From assembly GCA_030141605.1 (NCBI GenBank), contig JAQGDQ010000086.1, positions 57,418-121,417 of the forward strand: a DNA stretch of 64,000 nucleotides, read 5' to 3'. Source of the stretch: Tubiluchus corallicola (taxonomy: Eukaryota; Animalia; Priapulida). Shown here one piece after another: positions 25,701 through 37,751 of this stretch (position 1 is the first letter of the stretch; each line of letters opens with the position of its first letter). The notes under the pieces were generated by a model. It saw nothing but the letters and a program-made list of their open reading frames with translations. It was not told where the DNA came from and made no database searches. Made by a program: the position numbers and the translations under genes.

Positions 25701-28597
25701 CATGTGAAAAATGCACATTTATAAGCAGAAATGTTCGCTTGACTATTTGAACCTTAAAATGGCGTCTCAGAAACTCAATTAGTAAAACAGGGATCATTCA
25801 GCGACCAAATTACGTTTAAAGGTACACATTTGCGTGTCTACACAGCACCTGTAATCTGTTCCTAGGTGAGCGGAGACGCGAGCCCTAGGGGTGATAGAAC
25901 TTGGAATCTTGATGCTCCTTTAAGACGACATCATTAGTCACGTTCAAGTGTAGTGGAGAAGACGAAAAGAGAAACGGATAAGACAAACAAAAGATACCGC
26001 AAGGTGGACAATCACTGTATTCTCTAACAATGGTAACACTCAAGTGTAAACAGTAAAATAATAAAACACTGGGAAAGAAAGATGTATGGAAGATTCAATC
26101 GAACTCACTGGCTCACAGCATTTTCACAAGATGGCCCCATTGATAAAAATGGTGTGGTGCAGAGAGTATGAATTCTGATTTGGTAAAAACATATGTAATT
26201 TAAACTGCTCATATAGGAAAAGTGTACATATTATGCTTATGTACATATTTGACCACTCTGCGAAATGCTCTAACTTGGAATGACATAACATGGAATGAAT
26301 GGAATGAGCAAACTTTAATTAAAAAACACAAATGTGCGAATTTTAATAGGTGGGTTTAAGAAACTTGTTGATGACAGGACGAGCAAACAAACGAAAGAAT
26401 GAATTGAAAGACGGACAATGAATGAACTAATAAGCTGACACGTAAATAAACCAACGATCGAGCGCTCAGTAGGCAGTCAGACAAAATAACAAAACAAACA
26501 AACGTACATACATACAAGCAAACAAACAAGAGCAAGATAATTATAGAAATGTACATCTCTGTACGAGCAGTGCACGAAATGCTTTAAGCCTCGAAATTAG
26601 ACTACTGCAGTCCGCAACGAAATCATAAAAAAGATGAATTAAAAACTAATAGCGCATGTGTCATAATGTCTACGCAACAAATTACCAAGTTAAAAAGCAT
26701 TATATATTTGACAATGTTCAGAAAAACATATTAGGTTTATATTATTTAATATTAATGATAACTGACATGTATTTGGCAAACACTAAACATACAAACAAAA
26801 CAATTTACATGCAAAAAATACCAAAGATAGTAATAACGCTCGGAACACGTAAAACAATACACAATGATACTGCTGAAAAATGCTGATGCACAAGCACAAA
26901 AACTTAACTTTGAGTCAATTCATTGAGTCAAAAGAGACGATAATATAAAAGGTAAACAAGAAGTCACAAACTATTTATAATAGATCGTTAGATTTCAAGT
27001 AGCATTTATACAAATTATAGAACATCGTTTTCAGATTTGACGGTTAGATCGCCGTTCCGTCTCGGTAGCTCAGATAATAATTAAATTTTGTAGCACAGTA
27101 GCCTGGTGGAACTAATGATAGACTAACACATAACCAAGAAGATTTATTCGCAGTGTCAACACACAATAGTTTATTATACGAGTACAGTATGAGAATTTCG
27201 GTTGTAATGGACACAATATTTCGCACAGACCTTTACATGCATAGACAATAATTGTAAATTTATGAAATTATGAGCAATAATTTTTAGAATTCCATAATTA
27301 TATATATTTGAAACATATGAAATTTTATTTGTGCGTCAGCTAGTACAAGATTTCCATGTAGCCGAAAGCGCTGAGCTCTTCCAAATGGGTTAGGCTAGAA
27401 TTACACTAGCGAATTCCACGTTTTTTCGGAAAGAAACTGTTTCCGCTTTTACAAGAAATTTGCCATATAAATCCTAGAGGTACAGAACACCCCAGAACAC
27501 TTTTTATTCATTAAGCAAATCTAAAACAGCAATGTTATTGAATCTTGCAAGATAAGCTGACAGGATCACAGAGATGACAATCTTTCCTGACAGAGATTAT
27601 CTTTTGTGTAAGCGGGTAAGAGACCTTTAACCTTGAACGTCATAAGTGTAATGTATGTATGGTCTGGCCCAGACAATTCTATAACAAAGAAAGACACCTT
27701 GCATTTAAACAGGTAATACAGCTACATATCGGTTTTCCCTATTTTCAATTCACAAGAAACCCAGTAGATCTAGCAGTCATATATAAATCAAGTATTAGAA
27801 CTGGGATAAATTTTTACGGGAAGCCGCAACAGCCTATAAGGAATGCTGTTTCTTTTTTGTTTGGTGGTAGATAGATGGTTTGGAAATTAACAACATGGTA
27901 GAAATCACAGTATTAAATAAGCGATATAGTACCTATTTATTAATTAGTTTCTGGCAGCATTAATTTTACCAAAGTAAAACACAAATAAACTCTCTCGAAA
28001 AGCTTGTCAAACAACAAACAGACCCACAGCAATGTCTTATTTTTGAAAGCCTTTTTAAATACTGTAAACAAGGAAGTCTTTCAACTTTCTAACTTTGTTT
28101 TATTCTGTCATAACAACAATATCGAGTAAACATTTGATTCACCGGGAACTTGCAATCTGTGCCGCTGTGTTGACAGCTAACACAGGTGAAACGTTGTTCA
28201 GGTAAAATCAGGTAACTCATCGCCAGTAAAGTTCATCACACCTACAGCTGAGTTGTGGATTAACTTCAGGAAATACAATCACTGCTTTTGTTCTTTTAAT
28301 AATCCCTTATCCTTGTTTAGTTTTACAAGTTTACTGGACCGCAGGAATTGTGGCGAATATTGCCAAAAATGTCACTGAAGTGAAGTCGTTTTCGTTTGCG
28401 AGATATGTCAAAAATAATATATGGTGAAATCACACAGAACATATAGTCTGATGTAGACTATATATAGAGTCTATAGACGAACGAATATTGACTTAAATTA
28501 GTTGATGTATCTATTAAATGAAAGTATGTCTGATTATATGATAAAAACCAAATAATCTTTCTACATTATGCGAAGAAAGAAAATAGAGAACAAGGAG

Positions 28598-28618
28598 GAG
28601 AGAGAGAGAGAGAGAGAG
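28598..28618. repeat. (GA)n microsatellite
   Basis: About 10 GA units in a purine-rich tract. Confidence 0.9.
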
Positions 28619-29186
28619 GAAGAAGAGAACAATGGAGAAACAAAAAGCCGGAATAATCAAAATCATTCATTTTAGCCTTAGTCAGTTAATCACCCAGTCA
28701 TTCAAACAGCCCATTAGTCGGTCAGTTGTTCCAGAAGTCTGACAATCAATCAGTCACTCAGTCAGATAGTCAGTAAACGAAATATCTGTATTTCGTCTTC
28801 TTCTTCTTTAAAAGTCATTTGAAAAGAAAGAGCAAACGGCACCACAAAGGAGGGGATAGAAGAAGGAGAAGAAATGAAAAGAAAGAAAGATTTACTTTAT
28901 GTGCCGTATCATGCAGCGTGCTGTTTTTGTTATAATGCCACCTGAATAGATCATTATTTCAGAATTATTATTATTATACCGAAGAAGAAAAACATTGATA
29001 AGCACCTAGCTTAGTCATGTCATAGATACATTGACTGTTTTAATGTTTAATCCTCTGCTTAACTTAAGCTACTACTACTACCTAATTAGGCCCTATGTCC
29101 AACATATTAGAAGCAGAGGATAATTCAATCTCGACCGCATTATCTCGGCCTTCTTACTAAAACGGGCTTTGTCGAAATTAGCATTT

Positions 29187-29200
29187 GTTTCCATGGCAAC
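29187..29200. promoter_or_regulatory. RFX X-box (GTTTCCATGGCAAC)
   Basis: Exact fit to the GTHNYY-AT-RRNAAC X-box consensus, in a locally CpG-richer patch. Confidence 0.55.
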
Positions 29201-32200
29201 GGACAGGCAAACAGAATTTTCATGTTTTTCTGGACAAATTGGGAAACAAAAAACGTGCAGTAAAAACCAAATGCGTTTGCGGGATTACGGGATGACGGCC
29301 TGGATGTGCAGGAAGCTTTGTGGAGGCATCTGATGCACATTAGAATCCAATTTGCAATGTTTTAGCGGTAGTCTAAAAAGAGTCTAAAAATACCTATATA
29401 CGCAGTAGCAAAATGCCTACGTTAAATGTCAATGCTAAAACGTTTAAAATCATATCCTAATGAAGTGCTGCAAACAGTCTGACATATTGTCCTTGCGAAT
29501 GTGTCTGATCAATTGAAAAGTCTTCTACGAGGGTCGTGATGGTAGACTTGGTTGGAGAACATCACTGTGATATCTTGCAAGTTGGTTTCAATGGTGTGCA
29601 TTACGACCCTTACTATTAGTAATGCAGCAAAACTAATTTTGGTTTTGTTCTTTACAGCTTAAAATTTATCCCATAACAACTGACTAATCGAATGGCAATT
29701 TGGCTAGCTGAATCACTGACTTCATCGACTCACTGACTGACAGGTTTGACAGTTAGCTACCTGACGGTTAGCTTGTTAACTAAACTAACTGTTTGATTTG
29801 GTAGGTATGTTTGTGGGGATATAAAGAAAAGGAGTGCATAGTTCTCAAGCTAGCCATTTCATCCACACCCATTTTCACAGTTAGAATTTTAATTGCAAAA
29901 TTAGGTTAATTATAAAAAAAGGAAGAAAGAAGAGAAAGAAGGAGAGAGAAAAAGGGAGTAAAGAAGAAACAAAGAAAAACGTAAAACAAAAATTAAGAAA
30001 AGAAGGAAGGAAACCAATTATATAGGCAATAAAATTATTTTGAAAACACAGACTTTCGAGGGAGAAATTTGGCAAATCAGTAATTTTAGATAGCCATGCC
30101 TACCAAAAAACACAAGGAATGAAAAAAATATAAGTACAAAGACCTCAAAGACCGCTTTCACCAATCATATGTACCAAATTAGCCCAGAGCACAGACTTCA
30201 ACATACTGCAAGTAAAATATAGGCTTACTTGAATTGAATATTGGGTTAATAATATAGTGGGATACTTTACAATGAAAATTACTCTACACACGCAATTTAC
30301 GGGGTCACAAAACACATGCAACATTCTTTCAGAACATCACCTAAAATCAAGAAAAAGATTGGTACCGATCCTGTCTGCAGGCTGCAGCATTTTTAAACTT
30401 TCTCAATAGACGCAATGACAAGATTATTATATCGTATTGAACCCAGACGCTGATGATATCTGGACTTAATTGCTCTGCTCCTAATTTGAAAATGGCAACA
30501 GAAAAAGTCTGGTCGAATTTCTTCACAAAATGACACCTTCTATTCAGCTCTGTAAGCATAATGAGTTCATGCGATGAGCAGATACAATAAGATGTTCTTT
30601 AGCAATGAGTTATCGAGACAAGCGAGTCATCAATCAACCCAGGACTGTGAATCGGCGGTCTACTTTGCAAAGCTGTCACGAAAACAGATCTGTGTAATGT
30701 AAACCTATTTTGAAAGTCGTTTGTTTTTGGATTTTTCAGCGAGTAGCTAGCTTTGAATAATGAGAGAAAACCAGTTACGGTGATGTACAACGCGTGCAAA
30801 AGCGTTGGTCAAATAATGTTAAACAAGACAACTTAACACTCAATAAAAATAATGTTTCTAACACTGTGCGCCAAAAAATTAAAACCAAAAAGCAAAATTC
30901 CGCGTAAATTTGTTCCAATAACATCGCAAACCCATTTATATAAGTTGTATGTAAGTTGTAAAGATTTTATCAAAATTATAGCTTTATTAGGCTAAAAATT
31001 TCCTCGCATCTAAACATATTATTACATGGTGACCAATATACAATAAAGGTTGTAGGTCCACTTAAACTCGCCCAAAATTAATTCTACATAGAGAGTTCCT
31101 TAAGGTATCCTTTACTGCTAAGTTTCAATATAGTCTTATCAATAGTTAGTAGATATTAGCTCCAGTAGTACAATTGAGTTTCCTACTACTATTTTTTTCA
31201 CACCACGTTTATAAACTCTGTTTACTGTTGCTCAAAACACATTGTACGCTAATGATATCTAAAATATAGAACAAATTCGATGTATTTTCATTATTCGTCA
31301 ATTAATTCATAACATCCTTATACAATATTGCACAGCCTATGCCTTAAAAGTATTTGTAAAGCAGATTCGTTGAAGTTGTTAAACTTAATGAGAACACATT
31401 TATACTGAGTATTCTTTCCAGTTACGTATTGAATCTGTGTATACATACATTGTCAGTTCAGCTTATTATTGATGACTCAATTCAAGCTAAGACGTTGCCG
31501 TAGACATTTAAAATGTAATCCATCACTTCTTGGTGCGATACCATCAACTACATATTAAAATTTCAAGCCTTTAAGCGCTAAAAGTCATCCAAGCAGCCGA
31601 GATCAAAATTTCAGGCTCTCAACATTGGCGTGAAATAATGGCATAAATTAACGTCTTCACTCGAGTAGTTCTGAATAATAAAAATGAGTAGACTAAACCG
31701 TTCGAGTTCTCTTAATTCCCCACTGCCCTGAGGGAGAACTTGGCAGGCTTGGAATTAGTTTATAATCGCAAATATCGTGTGAGTGAATGGTGGAATTTGA
31801 ATAAACCTTTCCTAGTTAAATTTACTTAGAGAGAGGGTACATATTGATAGGGCGTATAAATTCTTTAAAGCACTAAATATTCTACAAAAAACTGCTTTAA
31901 CAAATGATTGGTACTGCATATTGCACCTATAAAATTTTGCAAAAAAAATGAACAGCAGCGTCTGTTTGAATTTTGTTGCTGAGTTTTACAAATTTGTTTA
32001 AAATTACTATGTCATTAATTTCACTAACATTAATTAAATTATTGACACTTATTAAATTTCATATAAAAGGCGGGTTTTTAAACATACAATTTGGCATTGT
32101 TCACCAAATGTAAGAAATGTATGAGAATTGAAATTTTGTGGAATATTTAGGAACAACATGTTCGACAGCGTGTACAGTACAGGGAAGATTTACATAAAGA

Positions 32201-34420
32201 AGTGACGCTAATAAAGATTTATCATCTGACAATTATTACACTTTACTGCCACAAAGAGGAACAAAATTACAGATTAGGCCTACATAAAAATATATGCCTG
32301 TGAAACTTATTCTGGGTAATAAAATTCCTAAGGGAATAATTAAATTTAATTAAATCGTTCTACCATAAATTTTATTTGCCCAATAAGTTTTAGGATGTTA
32401 TGGAACATACTTTAAGCGCTAAAGCGAAATATACTTTAAGCGTTACATGAAAAACGACGTTATGTTTAAACCGCACAATTAATAGACAATGCATAAATTT
32501 AAATATGTGCATGTACGGAGTCTTAATGTCAAATTATGGGGTTGATCATCACTTATAGTATTGGTATGAAAGCTTTCGAACACTAAAGATAAATTTTGCG
32601 TGAACAAAATAGGAAAAAATCCTATTATATGCAGAAAGTTTATATAGTATTACATATTTTTCGTCTGTACACGAAAATATTAAAACAAGAAAATTTCCGA
32701 TTCAGCGAAATTCATTACAACAGTTAAGCAATCACTAATTTATGGGCTGAATTAATTGTCAGTATATAAACGTCTCAACTTCCCATAAAATTTTTTATAC
32801 TTTTATTGACGGCACACGCCCATTAGTTTTATCCTGCCCAAAATGTATGATGTTTAAACAGAAATGACATTAACTCAACAGAGCGTTGAGAATTTAGCAC
32901 TGCAGAGGTGGAGCGGTATAATAAACTGAAATTAAATTTATGGCCAATAAAATTCACGAATATTGGAAAAATAGCCTTTAAACATAATTTTAGCTGTCTT
33001 TTTGAAATGTCGAAGCTAAAATTCTACACAACGTTCTAAGGCAGTGTGACAAAAACTCTTTGTTAGACGAAAGATATTTTGCCTTTTTACTGACCTGCTA
33101 TAAAACCTCTAAGTCATTCTTGTAGGCTTTTCGCTTATATACTTATTTTTTATGTTATGCCAACTCACGCCATAATTGTTTATTTCATGGAAAAATTAGA
33201 GACATTTTTCCGCACTTTTGTCTTCAAACAAAAATGATAAATTTATATTATACACTCTACTGTACCTACAAACTATTAATAAATATGAGATCAGATAATG
33301 GTTGTTTGAGCAGTAAATTTTGTGTAAGCGAAAATAAAAAATTATCAAGATAGAACAAAAATAAAAGAAAAATGAGATCAAACACTTATACCAGCAGTAT
33401 TTGTCATCTTTAACTTCGTGTTAGTCAGTAATAAAGTGTCTGCAAAATTAGTCACCATATTGCGGAATTAAACCACTAGTAAATGAAGTTACCATTCTTA
33501 CGCAAACTTTCACGAATTATAAATTCCAATAAATTCGTTAACTTGCCGTTAACTCTCTTCCACTACAGAGTAGGAAAAGGTGAAATGACCAAAGGCAAAT
33601 ACGTCCTTTATGTATTTACTATTATGTAATCACAATTCTAAGGCAACGTTCTCACTTTGTTACTGAATCGTTTTTCACACTATACTTAAATATAACAACA
33701 CAGCAGAAATAAATTCGAACACAATAAATTCAGAAAAAAGGTTCCCAAGCTCACAGAAGATTACAATAGTAAGACGCGCTTTTAAAGATTTCACATACCT
33801 CGAGGCACCAGCTACCACAACACGTCTAATCTGCTAGACAGGTAACTCAGGTGTACGCACAGGTAAACTACACAAGCCCGTTGCGCTATTATGCTTATGA
33901 AGTTATAATAGGCCATGCACAGACTCTTCTTTGAGTTTTCCAGGCATGACTAATCCATCGCGATTCTATTATTCGCCACAGGTACTCTTTCACTTGTTCC
34001 ACCAGCTGTAGGTTTTGATTTTTCAGTTTACAGTAAAACTTAGGGCTACCGTAATCGTTATTAATGGTCGTCATCATCATTTGCATAATTAACCGATGAA
34101 TGTAATAGCAGAAACATCATCATCAATAGCGAATCGGAAGAAAGGGGACGCATAAATATAATAAAAAGCAAGAAGAGTTGAAAAAAAAGGCAAAAGAACA
34201 AGACGAAGGGGAAGAACAACATAGAACTAAAACATGCCGCGATAAAGGCAAAGCCGAACCAATAATGTTGCTGGCGTTTGTGGCTACAATAAAAATTAGC
34301 AACAACAACAGCAATAGCAGTGAAAACGATGACGACAACAGAAACAACGAGACTAGCTGCAAAGCCAATAATAATTAAAACAATAGCAATAGCAGGAAAA
34401 GATAATAATGATGATAATGG

Positions 34421-34454
<34 letters not shown>
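34421..34454. repeat. (GAT)n microsatellite in a GAT/AAC-rich low-complexity tract
   Basis: About 11 perfect units. Confidence 0.95.
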
Positions 34455-35082
34455 AACGACGACGACAACAACAAAATTGTAGTGTACGTCAGTATGCTGA
34501 CATCTAACGCCATTACCTGAAAATTACAATGTACTGCTCTCTATAACAACTTTGAACTTATAACTAGTTTAACTGACTGTTGAAAACAATAATTACATTC
34601 TTTGTGGAAGTAAGTATAATAATTTCACAGCAATCTGCATAATGATAGACATACCTAAAATTATCTACCAGCGCTGTGTTGAACTTTCGCTTTCACTCAC
34701 AAAACTTGTTTTTTCATTCTGTTTATAGAGCTGTACCTTGTTTCTTATTTATGTGTAACAATAACTGAAACATTTTTAGTAGACGTATTGAAACAATTTA
34801 TCTTTGAATGATTTGACATACATTTTTTTATGAAATATAACCAGATATGAATTAGTCAATGGATGGTTTTATTCAAATACAAATATTTTAGCAACCGTTA
34901 CGGGAGCCCTAATTAGTGTTTTAGGACTTTGGTATTATAATAAATGTTGTGCATTATACTTAGTATATATAAAACTATACAGCAAAATTCTAGAAATTGA
35001 TTTAGTTTATTTCAACCACCCTTTGAAAAAACTTTGACCCATTCATATTTGCTTAGAAATGAAGCAACTTGTGGAAAAATTC

Positions 35083-36105
35083 GCTATAAAGAAACTGTAA
35101 GATACGACGTTTCAGCGGAAACTGCCACATGCTACCGACTTCAGGTGAAAGAAAACGGGAAAATAGCGTAGGAAATCACTAAAAATTCATTTTTTCGGAC
35201 TTTATGACTTATATCTTACATAATTATTGTATACGCACTATTGTTAATTAAGAAGAACAGAAAAGGCACCGCAAAAGCAAATACCATACAGACATTTTTG
35301 TGTTTTTTTCTATCTTGATATAAAGGAAGACAGGATGATTTTCATATACCCATTCTCAAATCCGACAAAAAGTATACATTTCACCACAATTAATAATGCA
35401 AAAGCGTTTCTGATAATTAAATTATAGATTAAAAACCTAATTAACGGCAGGCGAGTCCAACTATTGATGGCACAATTTTCCACATAACATAAATTTCCAC
35501 AGCAAAAAATATTCCATGAGCGTGATGCACGTGCTTGCCAAAGCGAAAATTGAAATACAGTACTGTAAAATAATAATTGTGTTGTACTAAAGCTAGGCAA
35601 GTTTTAAGATCAAATTCAAATTTCAAATTTACCGCTGTGCTCACGTATGAGCTGTCGAACGTGTGTAGAATTCAAATTTCAAGTTTACGGCTTGCTCACG
35701 CATGAGCTGTCGAACGTGTGTAGTTCGTCACAAGCTAACACATCTGAACTGCGAGGTACAGCACCTGTGTTTGTGCAATGCGTTTCCGACTAGGCCCGGC
35801 TAACTAGCAAATGGCAAAATGCATGTAACAGCGAAGAACTAGTGGCGCAAATTGTGTTTGTGTGGTAATAATTCTTTCACGTAAGTCATTTTTGAAAAAA
35901 TAGTATGTTTCCTTTCAATATTTTAAAGAGTAGATTGTTTTGACCTACAGTTTAAGATTGGGTCCGGTTTTGCTTTAAATTATACTTATTTAGTTACTGT
36001 GTTATAAAGTGCAAAATCGAAAAATACAAGTGATTTTTCCTGTTTTTCTTCTTTTAATTTGAAGACAGCATCGGTGTACTGAAACGTCGTGTCTTTCGAT
36101 TTTTT
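35083..36105. mobile_element. Non-coding element with imperfect inverted ends, each carrying a degenerate minimal hammerhead motif (Penelope-like relic)
   Basis: aagatacgacgtttcag (35099-35115) vs ctgaaacgtcgtgtctt (36079-36095); ggaaatcac vs gtgatttttcc; both ends show (c/t)tgaag(a/t)...gaaacgtc. Confidence 0.5.
35613..35723. repeat. Tandem duplication, 56+55 bp
   Basis: Two copies of aattcaaatttcaa...gctcacg(t/c)atgagctgtcgaacgtgtgtag. Confidence 0.95.
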
Positions 36106-36799
36106 TATTGTGTAGTTTTTATCAATAATTATCAACATTAATTTCAAGAATACCCATTAACGACTCGATCAACTTTTGCTTAATATTTTTAATGAAACAG
36201 AAACTCATTGGAAAGAAAGATTACAAATGTCAACCTTGAATGCGAAGTAGGAACTTAACGGAAAATATTAATTAAATAATTATCAACGGATTATTCTAAG
36301 TTCTAAATACATGTAATTGCAAAAAATTATAACCTTATATATTGAAAAATATAGGCTCTTTTCTTACTCCAATAATTTAGGGAAATGTTAGATTAGTTAG
36401 TGAAATAACAGAGTTGAATTAAAGCTTGCCTTGATCACAAGAGGCCGAGCATCAGAATGCCAATGAATTTCTCATAAAAAGGTCCCAGGTTCAAATCTAG
36501 GCTCAATACTGTTTACCTTTTTACCTATTAATTTTTTGACTTCAAAAAGTATAATAGCTGCGGGTTCATTCTTCTTAAGTAAAATAAATTAGTTTTACAC
36601 TAAAAATTAATTGTGATTAACTTTAATTAATGATGTCACGCACCCGTTTGCACAAGTTGAAGAGCTGCATCTACGAAAACATTTAATGCACGACAAAAAT
36701 TCTAGTAAAAAAATAATCGACGTTTTACAAATTAAAAAAGACGTAAATGAAGAAGGAAACTAGTGAAAAGCAATTTGTGGATTAAATTACGTATAATCC

Positions 36800-37200
36800 C
36801 GGCCCACTTAAGAATCCAATCACTTGACTACCAATGGCAACACCCGTCACCCTTCCTTCTCGTTCTCTACAGATTTAAACTCTTGAGTTTAATACCTATA
36901 ATTACCCAACCGAAATTGATAGCCCAGAACGAAAAAAAAAATTAATTTTCAATATTTCAGCTTCGCCATCATCTTTCGCGTAATAAGCAGGTTCTTGTAA
37001 TCAAAAGCCGTCATCATAAAACACCGGCTTTGTGTCTGAATGTGCTCATGTGTGAAAGGGGGTCTTGGTGACGTCACATCGACGAGTGGAAAAAGTCGAT
37101 AAAAGACGATTGTAAAGTTGAAATTGAGATTAATGGGGTGTAATAGTTATTCTCATGGGCAGTAGAGCTTCGCGCCATTTACTTATATATAGGTTGTGCA
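36800..37200. promoter_or_regulatory. Promoter-like motif cluster (two CCAAT boxes, full CRE, YY1-like site); candidate distal XKR promoter
   Basis: ccaatc ~36816, ccaatg ~36831, tgacgtca 37069-37076, gcgccattt ~37172-37180; CpG retained. Confidence 0.35.
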
Positions 37201-37737
37201 CTGCATTAGGGAAGTTGATTATATATAGACAGTGTAATACGTATTCCCGTTTCTTGTTACGAGGTGATGCCACATGTTTTTCACATCACATTATTTGAAA
37301 TATTTACAGTACCTGTTAGCAATCCAGGATATTTCTATTAAACTAATAATGCTAAGTTATCTATGAATGCTGACATTATTAAAGTCTGTGATCTGTAATT
37401 TACTTATTTATATCGGCAAGACACGAAACCTTCGTTAATTCAACATCGGCGGTGAGCTGCTCTACCCCTTAATAAGCTTATTTTATCTGACATAAATATA
37501 ATCGGCCACCTGATTCACTGCACTGATCAACTAAGCAATTTCATTCCAGGGCGAAGAGGACAATAAAACCTGTTCAGTGGTTCTAAGCAGGAGAGACGTA
37601 GTTTAAGACTTTTCAATACACCGTTTTGGCGGCGTTTCAAACAGCAACGGAGCTCAGATTATGGAAGCTTACGGAGCACCCAATCTGTTCCCGAACTGGA
37701 AAACTATTTACTCTTTTTGAGATCGGTAAATTGGGTT

Positions 37738-37751
37738 GTTGCCCGGGCAAC
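37738..37751. promoter_or_regulatory. Palindromic RFX X-box (GTTGCCCGGGCAAC)
   Basis: Fits GTNRCC-N(0-3)-RGYAAC; part of 18-bp perfect palindrome 37736-37753. Confidence 0.55.

Noticed and set aside
36430-36505. tRNA-like B-box (ggttcaaatct)
   Set aside because: No cloverleaf and poor A-box; at most a decayed SINE head.
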